Part shown: one piece after another, positions 47,178 through 55,198 of the stretch
Numbering within the stretch: the stretch's first letter is position 1
Layout: the number at the start of each line of letters is the position of its first letter
DNA from: Alphaproteobacteria bacterium
Lineage (GTDB): Bacteria; Pseudomonadota; Alphaproteobacteria; Bin95
DNA: 64,000 bases
Direction of reading: 5' to 3'
Assembly (NCBI GenBank): GCA_963665325.3
Contig: OZ224045.1
Span: forward strand, 2,016,001 to 2,080,000
The notes under the pieces: model-generated
What the model was told of the DNA's origin: nothing
Databases searched by the model: none
The model's input: only the letters and a program-made list of their open reading frames with translations
Made by a program: the position numbers and the translations under genes

Positions 47178-48076
47178 CAGGCGGCTTCCTTGAGGGCCGC
47201 GCCGGGCGGGGCGAAGTAGCCGGCGAACCTGGCGGCTAGGTCCTCGGCGTCGCGTTTGACGCGCTGGCGCGTGGCCGGGTTGAACGAGGACGATGGCCTG
47301 AGCTCGTCGGGATCGACGCTGGCGATGCGGTCCTTGACCTGCTGGCAGAGCTGGGCGAGGCGTTCGTCGCCGAAGATGTTCAGGCGGGGCACGATGTCGA
47401 CCAGGTCGCGGATGTTGCCGATCAGGCTGTTCCTGAAGACCAGCGGCTTGCCCTCGGCGTCGACGTCGAGGCGCTGGACGACGTGGTCGACGGCTTCTCC
47501 AAGCCGTTTGTACAGGTCGGTTATCGCGTCTTCGAGGCGTTCCTGGACGAGGTTCTCGATGTCGCGCTTGACGCGGTCCGCATCGCCGGCGGCGAGGTCC
47601 GCGATGAAATGTTCGGCGTCCGGGACCGGCACGATACGGTAGCGGATGGCGAAGCGCTGCCTGAGCGAGTCCTGGCTCGGATAGTCTTCGATACGGAAAA
47701 GGCCGCCCAGGCCGATGCGCGCCTGGTCGATATTGGCTCCGTATTCGGCGATGAAGACATTGCGTTCGCGGACGAGCTGCTCGGAAAATTCGTCGATGGT
47801 GGCGGTGTAGTGGTCGTAATTCGCGACCGTGAGGAGGCGGGCGCCGGTGTCGTCCCAGGGCAGGGAGTTCTCGTAATGGAGGGAGCGGGCCTTGCTCATC
47901 GTCTTTGTCATGTCGGCGAAGGCGGTTTTCGGCAGGAGGCGCTTGTTGAAGCGGCCGGCGCTCGGGTCGGCGTCGTTGCGCTCGGTTACGTCGTTGCTGG
48001 CTTCGCGGTCGTAGCGGCGCCCGGACCAGTTGTTGATGCGCAGGCTGACGAGCATGGCGTCCCGGGTGAGGTCCAT
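47177..48076 (-). CDS. Conserved partner of MoxR/vWA modules (DUF3150-like), hypothetical
   Basis: AMLVSL.I..W..R..D, LPWDD.G.RLL, F...DYP and LNI.GD. GGAG SD and 1-nt overlap with the vWA gene. Confidence 0.6.
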   Translation of the reverse strand: MDLTRDAMLVSLRINNWSGRRYDREASNDVTERNDADPSAGRFNKRLLPKTAFADMTKTMSKARSLHYENSLPWDDTGARLLTVANYDHYTATIDEFSEQLVRERNVFIAEYGANIDQARIGLGGLFRIEDYPSQDSLRQRFAIRYRIVPVPDAEHFIADLAAGDADRVKRDIENLVQERLEDAITDLYKRLGEAVDHVVQRLDVDAEGKPLVFRNSLIGNIRDLVDIVPRLNIFGDERLAQLCQQVKDRIASVDPDELRPSSSFNPATRQRVKRDAEDLAARFAGYFAPPGAALKEAA

Positions 48077-48116
48077 GGGAGGTCTCCGATGATGTCGGGG
48101 ATGGGGAAATGCGAAG

Positions 48117-48143
48117 ACGGGCCGCTGCCTGTGCAGGGCCCGT
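48117..48143 (-). terminator. Hairpin after a small membrane gene, paralog of 52568-52598
   Basis: ACGGGCC-GCTGC...GCAG-GGCCCGT stem with a weak U tract. Confidence 0.5.
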
Positions 48144-48201
48144 GATCGACGGTAACGGCAATGTCGGTGCTGTGGCCGGCTGCGGCGCCGGCGGGCTGCG
48201 G

Positions 48202-48519
48202 CTAGCCGGCCGGGACGGCTCCCGGAGCGGTATTCCGGATGAGGGCGTCGAGGGCCTTCATGGCTTCCTTGTGCCGTTTTGCTTCGGCATCCATGGCTTC
48301 GCGATGCCTGTTGGCCTCGGTATCTATGGCTTCCCGGTGTTGTTCGGTCCGGGCCTTGTTTCCCTGGCTCATCTTCCAGATGCCATAGAAGACGACGGCG
48401 ATCTGGCCGAGACCGATCATGAGCCCGACGGCCACGAGCGCCATGGTGGCGAGTGCGGTGGCCGCGGCGGGGTGGGCCATTGTCCAGGAGACGAGGTCGT
48501 GCTGTTCCATGACGAGCAT
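48202..48519 (-). CDS. Small membrane protein with 11-aa His repeats, paralog 1
   Basis: GAGGA SD. TM region, then HREAIDTEANR-HREAMDAEAKR-HKEAM.AL.ALIRN. Confidence 0.65.
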   Translation of the reverse strand: MLVMEQHDLVSWTMAHPAAATALATMALVAVGLMIGLGQIAVVFYGIWKMSQGNKARTEQHREAIDTEANRHREAMDAEAKRHKEAMKALDALIRNTAPGAVPAG

Positions 48520-48708
48520 TGGTTTATTCCTCTTTAGGTGCGGATTCAAGGAATGTGCCGGCAATCCGGGTTCCGGGGGTTCATCAGGACCTGGCTGTTC
48601 TTCCCTTCAGAAGAAGGGTCTGTCGAGGCCGGGAGCGATGTCGGCCTGCTCTCTCCAGGCGAGGCGGGGGACGGCCGCATTTCGTCCCTTGCGGAGGTGG
48701 GAGAACCG

Positions 48709-49866
48709 CTAGACGCGCACCGGCATCTGCACGATGGCGAGCTCGGGGCGGTCGGGCGAGACGAACACTGCCGGATGACCGGGTTTCGTGTAGCGCATGA
48801 CCGTGGCGACGCGCCCGAAGGCACGGCTGGCGTCCTCCAGACAGCGGGCTTCGAACCCGATCGGATCGCTCCTGATCCGGCACCGGACCGGCAGGAGCGT
48901 CTCTTCGCCGACCTTGTAGCGGTCGACGTATTCGGTGAGCGTGACCTTGCCGTTGAGGGTGACTTGCAACCCGCGCCGCGCGGGCTGGGCGCCTGGCGGC
49001 GCCGCCTTTACCGCTTCGGTCAGTGCGAACAGGTCGAGCGGCGCGGACTTCATGCTGCCGGCAGGCGTGACGCGCCGGTAATCCGGGAACACGCCATCCA
49101 TGAATTGCGTCACGACTTCGCCCGCTCTGCAGCGGAACCGCGCGCCTCCGGTCCATATCTCCGTGTCCGCCGGTCCGCCGCCCTTCAGCAGGCGCTGCAA
49201 TGCCCTTACGGATTTGAGCGGCAGGATCGCGCCGCGCTTGTTGAAGCCGTCATCCGTCAGCGCGTCTTCGGCGAGCCGGATGTTCGTGTCCCGGATCGCC
49301 ATTCTCGACCCGTCGGTCGCCACCGCGCGCAGGCGTCCGTGGTGCGATTCGATGAACAGCCCGTTCAGGTACTGGCGGGACGGGTCGGTCGAGGCGGCGA
49401 ACGCCGTTTCGGCGACGATCGCCGCGAGTTCCGCCGCCGGCGCCTCCAGGCGCGCCTCGAGCTGCCCGCCCAGGGCCATATGGCAATAGCCGGACCTGCC
49501 GGTCGGAGCGCGCCCCAGTGCGGTTGCCTTGCCACTGTCCAGCAGGCGGCAGGCCGCCATTTCGGCGTCGCCGTGCTCGCTGCGGGCTTCGAACGTCACG
49601 ACGTCGCGCGCATTCGCCCGGGCCAGGGCATCGCGCAGCTCACCGGTATCGATCGATACCGATCCGGGGGCGGAAACGCCTGCCGGCACGCGCTGCGTCA
49701 GGAGGGCGGTGCCGTTGAAGGCCGATATCTCGAGGCCGAGCGGAGTCGCGACCAGATCGACGGGGTAGCGAAAATCGGTCCTCTGCCGCGTTCCGGCGGA
49801 GTTGCCGAAGGCGTGCGCGGAGCGGACCGCCTGTCCGAACAGCTGTTTGCGGATCGCGAATTTCAT
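48709..49866 (-). CDS. DNA polymerase III beta (sliding clamp) homolog
   Basis: MKFAI.K start with AAGGGAG SD, FAASTD.SR..LNG, AVATDG.R.A, ILP.K, G.FPDY.RV, IGF....L.DA, QMPVRV. 385 aa and divergent. Confidence 0.8.
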   Translation of the reverse strand: MKFAIRKQLFGQAVRSAHAFGNSAGTRQRTDFRYPVDLVATPLGLEISAFNGTALLTQRVPAGVSAPGSVSIDTGELRDALARANARDVVTFEARSEHGDAEMAACRLLDSGKATALGRAPTGRSGYCHMALGGQLEARLEAPAAELAAIVAETAFAASTDPSRQYLNGLFIESHHGRLRAVATDGSRMAIRDTNIRLAEDALTDDGFNKRGAILPLKSVRALQRLLKGGGPADTEIWTGGARFRCRAGEVVTQFMDGVFPDYRRVTPAGSMKSAPLDLFALTEAVKAAPPGAQPARRGLQVTLNGKVTLTEYVDRYKVGEETLLPVRCRIRSDPIGFEARCLEDASRAFGRVATVMRYTKPGHPAVFVSPDRPELAIVQMPVRV

Positions 49867-49913
49867 CTCCCTTTTCCTTTCGGTTGTCTGTCGGTTGCAG
49901 GTGGACAAGCTGA

Positions 49914-49966
49914 GATCGCGCTTCAGGGGCATGGTGACGAGGAACTCGCCGACCTCGCGGCAGAGG
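49914..49966. repeat. 53-bp imperfect direct repeat of the MoxR ATPase 3' end (partner 50473-50525)
   Basis: GATCGCGCTTCAGGG(G/A)CATGGTGACGAGGAACTCGCCGA(C/T)CTCGCGGC(A/G)GAGG, 3 mismatches. Confidence 0.85.
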
Positions 49967-49976
49967 TGGCTGGCGG

Positions 49977-50351
49977 TCAGGCGAGCATTGAACGGATGGT
50001 CGCTTCCAGCTGGCCGGTGACCTCGACCGGCTTGAGCGTGTCGGCCAGGCTCTCGGTGCCATCGAGGAGCGCGTCCCAGCATGCTGGTGTGTCGATTTCG
50101 ATGGCAGGGGGCGCGAGGTCGAAGCAGCTGGTGTCCGCGCGTTTGGTGAACCCGGCAGCGCTCGTGTCGCGGCGGAGCAGCGCCAGGCTGTATGAACCCC
50201 AGCTGCTGCCGGGGTGGGGGAGTTGGACCAGGTAGCTGTGATTGTTGAAATCGGAAGAATCGTTGTCGGCGCTGAGGATTTCGAGCGTGTCCGGATCGTA
50301 GCCGGCTTGCTGGATCGACGTGCGCCAGTCTTCGAGGCAGGGCTGCATCAT
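49977..50351 (-). CDS. Hypothetical protein between the 53-bp repeats
   Basis: CAGGAAACACGCC before ATG. 124 aa. Confidence 0.5.
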   Translation of the reverse strand: MMQPCLEDWRTSIQQAGYDPDTLEILSADNDSSDFNNHSYLVQLPHPGSSWGSYSLALLRRDTSAAGFTKRADTSCFDLAPPAIEIDTPACWDALLDGTESLADTLKPVEVTGQLEATIRSMLA

Positions 50352-50416
50352 GGCGTGTTTCCTGGTTTGTGTTGTATTGCGGGAGGTGGCGGGAAGCCGG
50401 TCGGGAGGTGACGGGA

Positions 50417-51442
50417 TTACCGGGTGCGCTGTGCGGCCCAGCGGATGAAGCCGGCGGTCCTTTGCAGGTCCGGATCGCGCTTCAGGGACATGGTGACGAG
50501 GAACTCGCCGATCTCGCGGCGGAGGCGCCGGGCATAGGCGACGATCGCGTCGAAGTTGGTGTCGTCGGCGATGTTGTAGAGGGCGCCGCAGAGGGAGACG
50601 AGGACATCGGATTCGGTCGGGACTTCGGCATTGTCCGGATCGGCGATGACGGCCGCCGGGTGCGGGATCTCGCGCCAGATCTTCAGGAAGGCAGAGAATA
50701 CGACGGCGGGGCCCTCGCCCACGGCGCCGCGGAAGAGAGCGCGCTCGATGTTCGGATCGAGGTCGGCGCGCTGGTTCACGATGTTGGAGACCTTGTGCCA
50801 GGTCCGGGGGCAGGCGAAGGCCTTCTCCTTCGACTGGGGATCGAAGTCGTTGAGGAGTTCGGGGCGGCAGGAGATGAAGAAGATGACTTCGGGCGCGATG
50901 CCGGCGCCGGCGGCCCATGCGCACCAGTCCCGGTGGTCGGACTTGAGCTCCAGGTGGACGAAGCGCGATGCCAGCGGGGCTACCATGCGGTGGACGACGC
51001 CCCGGTCGTTCTCGCGGTTGCCGCAGGCGATCAGGGACGCGCCGGGTGGCAGCTCGTATTCGCCGATGCGGCGATTCAGGACGAGCTGGTAGAGGGCGGC
51101 CTGGACCATCGGCACGGCTGAGGGAAGTTCTTCCAGGTTGATGAGGAAGCGGCCGTTGTCGTTCGACGGGGGGAGGAACTCGGGCGAGGCCCAGCGTGTG
51201 CGGTCGTTCTTGTCGCGCCAGGGGATGCCGCGCAGGTCGACGGGATCGAGGAGCAGGGCGCGGACGTCGATGTAGCGGCGGCCGGTGGCGGTTGCGACGG
51301 CGTCGGCGATATCGCTCTTTCCGATTCCAGGCTGGCCCCAGACCATGCAGGGCTCCCGGGCTTCGACCAGGAGGGAGAGGGTATCGGCGAGCTCGCTGGG
51401 CTTGAGCGAGTAGTCGGCGGAGACGTTGATCGGTTCGGGCAT
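50417..51442 (-). CDS. MoxR/AAA_5-like ATPase
   Basis: WGQPGIGKS, DPVDLRGIP, LEEL..A...VQAA.YQLVL.RR.GEY.LP, ACGNR..D, PLASRF.H, PRTW. Confidence 0.85.
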   Translation of the reverse strand: MPEPINVSADYSLKPSELADTLSLLVEAREPCMVWGQPGIGKSDIADAVATATGRRYIDVRALLLDPVDLRGIPWRDKNDRTRWASPEFLPPSNDNGRFLINLEELPSAVPMVQAALYQLVLNRRIGEYELPPGASLIACGNRENDRGVVHRMVAPLASRFVHLELKSDHRDWCAWAAGAGIAPEVIFFISCRPELLNDFDPQSKEKAFACPRTWHKVSNIVNQRADLDPNIERALFRGAVGEGPAVVFSAFLKIWREIPHPAAVIADPDNAEVPTESDVLVSLCGALYNIADDTNFDAIVAYARRLRREIGEFLVTMSLKRDPDLQRTAGFIRWAAQRTR

Positions 51443-51554
51443 GAAGGGCCTCGCGGTCGGTGTCGGAAAGGAACGGGTGCGGGATGCCGCCCGGGCACCG
51501 GCAGATTGCTGGAATCCGGCTTTCCCAGGCTTGGTGCGGCGAGTGGGCCGGCGG

Positions 51555-52538
51555 CTAGCGCGAGTAGGGAGAGCCGAGATGGCGGCGAACCGAGCGCGGC
51601 CCGCATGCGGCCAGGTCGTCGTTGAAGTCGTTTCCGCGCGGGATGAGGACGCGGCAGACGATGCCGGATTTCTCGCAGCGCTCGGCAAGGCGATCGGCGG
51701 CCTGGATGCCGTCCGGATCGTTGTCGCGTGCAATTGCGACGCGCGTGGATGCCGGAGGTGAGAACGACCCGACGCCGGAGGCGGAGAGTGCTGCTGCGCC
51801 TCCGGCGCCCGGGTATGCCGTGATGATGGAGAGGACGGTCTCGAGGCCTTCGCCGACGACGAGGGTGCATTTGTGGCTTCGAGGGGGGAAGCGCACGGCG
51901 GAGCCGAAGAGGCGTCCCAGCGCCTTGCGCGGGTGCTGCACGGGCGCCTTGGCGGGGGCTTCGGGGTCGAGCCAGGTGCGCAGCAGGCCGGTGAGCTGGC
52001 CGCGCGCGTCGGTGGCGGCGGCGACGAGGGCGGGAAAGGCGCCGGTGAAGTTCTCGTCGCGGTAGTGAAGCTTCGGGTGGTAGCGAAGGGAAGGGAAGCG
52101 GCAGCAGCGGATGCCGCGCGCCTGGAGGTATTCCTCTGCATGGGTGCCGGCGATCGGGCGGCAGGCCCGCCAGAGGCGTTCTATGGCGGCCGACGGGCTC
52201 TCGTTTGAGGATGCGGGAGCGGACCGGCGGCTGGGAGCCGGCATGGCCAGGAAGGAGCGTGCCTCGGCGAGGGTATCGCGGAGGGTCTCCGAGCGGGTCC
52301 GGTGCTTGATGAGGTCGAGCAGGTCCCCATGATCCCCGGTGGCGCCGTCTGTCCATTTCCCGGAACGCGGACCGTGGAGACGGACGAACAGCGATTCTCC
52401 GCGCGCGCCGTGGACATCGCCTGCGATCCAGTAGCGGCCCTGGCGCTGGCCGGCCGGGAGATAGTGCCGGCAGACGGCCTCGGCTTGTGCGGCGAGGGCG
52501 GCGGCGATCTCGGATGCTGGAGAGGATTGGGCATGCAT
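51555..52538 (-). CDS. DUF7146/toprim primase-like protein A
   Basis: AEAVCRHYLP.G...G.YW..GDV, G.W.D.ATG.HGDLLD, YL..RG, RTWL, KALG, GEGLET.LS, ARDND, DFNDDL. Confidence 0.8.
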   Translation of the reverse strand: MHAQSSPASEIAAALAAQAEAVCRHYLPAGQRQGRYWIAGDVHGARGESLFVRLHGPRSGKWTDGATGDHGDLLDLIKHRTRSETLRDTLAEARSFLAMPAPSRRSAPASSNESPSAAIERLWRACRPIAGTHAEEYLQARGIRCCRFPSLRYHPKLHYRDENFTGAFPALVAAATDARGQLTGLLRTWLDPEAPAKAPVQHPRKALGRLFGSAVRFPPRSHKCTLVVGEGLETVLSIITAYPGAGGAAALSASGVGSFSPPASTRVAIARDNDPDGIQAADRLAERCEKSGIVCRVLIPRGNDFNDDLAACGPRSVRRHLGSPYSR

Positions 52539-52567
52539 GGCGGTTCTCCCGGGAGAGAGCGAACGCG

Positions 52568-52598
52568 AAAAACGGGCCGCTGCTGATGCAGGGCCCGT
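52568..52598 (-). terminator. Intrinsic terminator
   Basis: ACGGGCCCTGCA...GCAGCGGCCCG followed by T5 on the minus strand. Confidence 0.65.
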
Positions 52599-52644
52599 GT
52601 TCGGAGAGTGATGCGGTGGGTGGAGGCGCCGCGACGCCGGCGGC

Positions 52645-52977
52645 TTATCTGGTCGGGATCGGTCGGCTTCGACGCCCCGAGTTCCGGATGAGGGCGTTGA
52701 GGGCGGTCATGGATTCCTTGTGGCGCTTGGCTTCGGCTGCCATGGCGTCCTCGTGGCGCTTGTCGCGTTTCTCGCTGGCCTCGGTCATCTTGTCGATGCC
52801 CCGGGACACGACCCGGATCTGCAGGACGCCGATAACGCAGCCAGCGACGACGAGGGCGAAGGTGACGAAGACAAGTGCGAAAGTGACGGTGACCAGGTCG
52901 CCGGTGGCAATGGCGGCTGCTGCCTGAGGATCCGAAACGGCAAGTTCTGTGACGTCGGTGAAGAACATGTCGAACAT
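52645..52977 (-). CDS. Small membrane protein with His repeats, paralog 2
   Basis: AGGAGG SD. TM region, then RHEDAMAAEAKRHKESMTALNALIRN. Confidence 0.65.
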   Translation of the reverse strand: MFDMFFTDVTELAVSDPQAAAAIATGDLVTVTFALVFVTFALVVAGCVIGVLQIRVVSRGIDKMTEASEKRDKRHEDAMAAEAKRHKESMTALNALIRNSGRRSRPIPTR

Positions 52978-53105
52978 GTGTCTAGCCCTCCTGCAGCCGG
53001 GTTTCAACGAGGCGCGGTCGGCGGGCCTGCCGACGCGCGATCACCCGACAGGGGCTTTCCTTTCTCCTTTCGGGCCGTTGTGGGCGGGCACGGCAATGAC
53101 GTTCT

Positions 53106-53339
53106 TCAGAACCAGCCTCCGGCGTAGCCGGAGCTCGTTCCGGGGTAGCGCAGAGCGGCCTTGATGCGGGCGTCGTCATATCCGTGCTCGTAGGCCTGCG
53201 CGGTGGCGGGATGGCAGAGGCGGGCGACCAGGTTCCCGCGCCAGTTGCCGTTGCGGAAGGCGGCCCGCCCCATTCGCCGGGCGCGGTCGAGGTGTTTCCT
53301 GGCGGGAGGAGTCCCGGGGTGGGCGGGGTTGCGAGGCAT
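53106..53339 (-). CDS. Small hypothetical protein
   Basis: CAGGAAACACGCCC before ATG. G..AF.NG...N....AYEHGY pattern. Confidence 0.45.
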   Translation of the reverse strand: MPRNPAHPGTPPARKHLDRARRMGRAAFRNGNWRGNLVARLCHPATAQAYEHGYDDARIKAALRYPGTSSGYAGGWF

Positions 53340-53406
53340 GGGGCGTGTTTCCTGTGCGGTGAGAGGAATGGACCGGGCTGCGCGGGTTCGTCGGTGGCTG
53401 GCGGGT

Positions 53407-53649
53407 TCAGACGATCTTGCCGTCCGTGCGAAGCCAACCCCGGGCGCGAGAACGGGACTTGAGGCCGGTTGCGGCCTCGATTTTCCAGCGGCGTGCACCC
53501 TTCGGACCGCTATGGTCGGCGTAGATGATGGGAGCGGTGAGCGTGCTGGCGATCTCCTCCGCCTTCGGACGGCTGTCGAAGGAACGGACGGGCGCCGGCT
53601 TGGCCTGGCGTCGTTTTGCCCGTCGGCGGCGGGGTTTGGTGGAAGGCAT
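53407..53649 (-). CDS. Small basic hypothetical protein
   Basis: CAGGGA SD before MPSTKPRRRR. Confidence 0.35.
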   Translation of the reverse strand: MPSTKPRRRRAKRRQAKPAPVRSFDSRPKAEEIASTLTAPIIYADHSGPKGARRWKIEAATGLKSRSRARGWLRTDGKIV

Positions 53650-53816
53650 GCCTGTGGTTCCCTGTGCAGGATGTGGAGAGGCCGGGAGCGGATGTCCCCT
53701 CCGGGCCGGTTCGCGCCAGAGAGGCTTTCCTTCTGCTGGGGGTTCCTCGCCGGCAGGCACGGCGATGGGTCGGTTCGGAAACGTGTCTTCGGGTTCGCGG
53801 CGGACCGGAGGACTGT

Positions 53817-54197
53817 TCAGCGATATGTCCAGACCGGCCAGATGTCCTGGCGGTGCTGACGGCGCTTCTCGCGGTTTGCTCCGCAGTGGGTGCAACGCTG
53901 GATCCAGTTGTGCGTGCCCTGGAGTTCGTCTTCCCAATGGTGGAGGAGGGATGCCTGGAAGATCGCCGTTGCGATTCTCGCGGAATTCCGGGACTGAAGG
54001 GCCTGCAGGATGCGGGCTTTCAGTTCCGCCTTGTCCTGCCGTGTCGGGCGCGGGGGCCAATAGCTCTGCGGGACGGCTTCGAGGACGTCCAGGAGCTGCT
54101 CCCTGGTGAGCGTGTCGAGGGCGGTTGCGGCGGTGGTCGAATCTGTGCCGCTGCACCTGGAGGCGGTGAAGGGTGCTCGGGGCGTGCAGGAGCTCAC
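53817..54197 (-). CDS. Hypothetical protein with C-terminal HxW...CxxC
   Basis: GTGA overlap with the upstream stop. Confidence 0.4.
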   Translation of the reverse strand: MSSCTPRAPFTASRCSGTDSTTAATALDTLTREQLLDVLEAVPQSYWPPRPTRQDKAELKARILQALQSRNSARIATAIFQASLLHHWEDELQGTHNWIQRCTHCGANREKRRQHRQDIWPVWTYR

Positions 54198-55072
54198 GGT
54201 GCTGCTCCCTTCAATGCCACGGGAACGCCGGAGAGGTGGAATGCGGCGCCGTCGGCCCAGTTGTCGAAATGCTCGAAGCAGCAGGGATGCGCGCCGGCGC
54301 CGAAGGGCGGTCCGCCTTCGAGGTACAGGAAGCGGCCGTCCTCGAGGCGCATGAAGTCGGCGGTGAAGGCCTTGCGGTCCGGGGAGTGGCGCCGGGGCGC
54401 CAGTGCCGGAAACCTGAGAGGCGTCGGCACGGCACCGATCAGCTTCTCGGTTTCGATGAGGCAGGCGGCGGCGTCCTGGCGGACCACGGGTGAGTCGGTC
54501 AGCGGGCGCTGCGGGTAGTAGCTGCTGATCGCGATGATCCGGCCGTCTTCGACGAAGACCCGGTATTCGACCGGGTAGCCGTCCACGATGCGCGCCTGCA
54601 TCCATGGTCTCGACCATGCCGGGATGACAGTGTCGGGATATTCGAGGATCAGATCTGTGGCGCGGAAGTCGTCGATATAGAAGCAGTCGAGCAGATCCTG
54701 GTGCCATTCGTGCCTGCCGGTGTCGAGGCGGTATTTCACCTCCGAGCAAGTGCAGCAGTCCCAGCGGATCATGGTGCCGGGTTCCTTGGCCGCCTCGATC
54801 TTCGTCCAGAAGGCCCGGAGCGCCCGGGTAGCCTCGTTCTCTTCGGTGCTCTCTGGGTTGTCGATGGCGACGATCAGATGCGCGATCTCGATCTTCCCGA
54901 TTTCGGTTGCCGGCACGGCTTCGACGCCGGCCGCCTTGCACACATCGAGCCAGGCGCTGAGCGAGACGGTGTTGAAGCCCGGCTGGCTGTTCCGGTCGTG
55001 GTGCGGGGAGTCGGAGTTCGCGTGCGCGTGCATGGCTTCGGCGACGTCGGGGGGAAGCTCGTTGTCAGCCAT
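54194..55072 (-). CDS. ATP-grasp-like (R2K/Cdc123-type) protein
   Basis: R.W, EYRVFV..G.I.AIS.YY, FTADF, LYLEGGP. AAGGA SD. Confidence 0.5.
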   Translation of the reverse strand: MADNELPPDVAEAMHAHANSDSPHHDRNSQPGFNTVSLSAWLDVCKAAGVEAVPATEIGKIEIAHLIVAIDNPESTEENEATRALRAFWTKIEAAKEPGTMIRWDCCTCSEVKYRLDTGRHEWHQDLLDCFYIDDFRATDLILEYPDTVIPAWSRPWMQARIVDGYPVEYRVFVEDGRIIAISSYYPQRPLTDSPVVRQDAAACLIETEKLIGAVPTPLRFPALAPRRHSPDRKAFTADFMRLEDGRFLYLEGGPPFGAGAHPCCFEHFDNWADGAAFHLSGVPVALKGAAP

Positions 55073-55198
55073 CCTTCGTCCTTTCCGGTGCGATGGTGTC
55101 GCGAGCCGGCTGGACCAGGCCCGGTCCGCGCAGGTTCGCGGGGAACCCGCTTTCCTCCCCTTTGGGTCTGGGCCGCGAGTAACGCCGGCGGGGACCGG

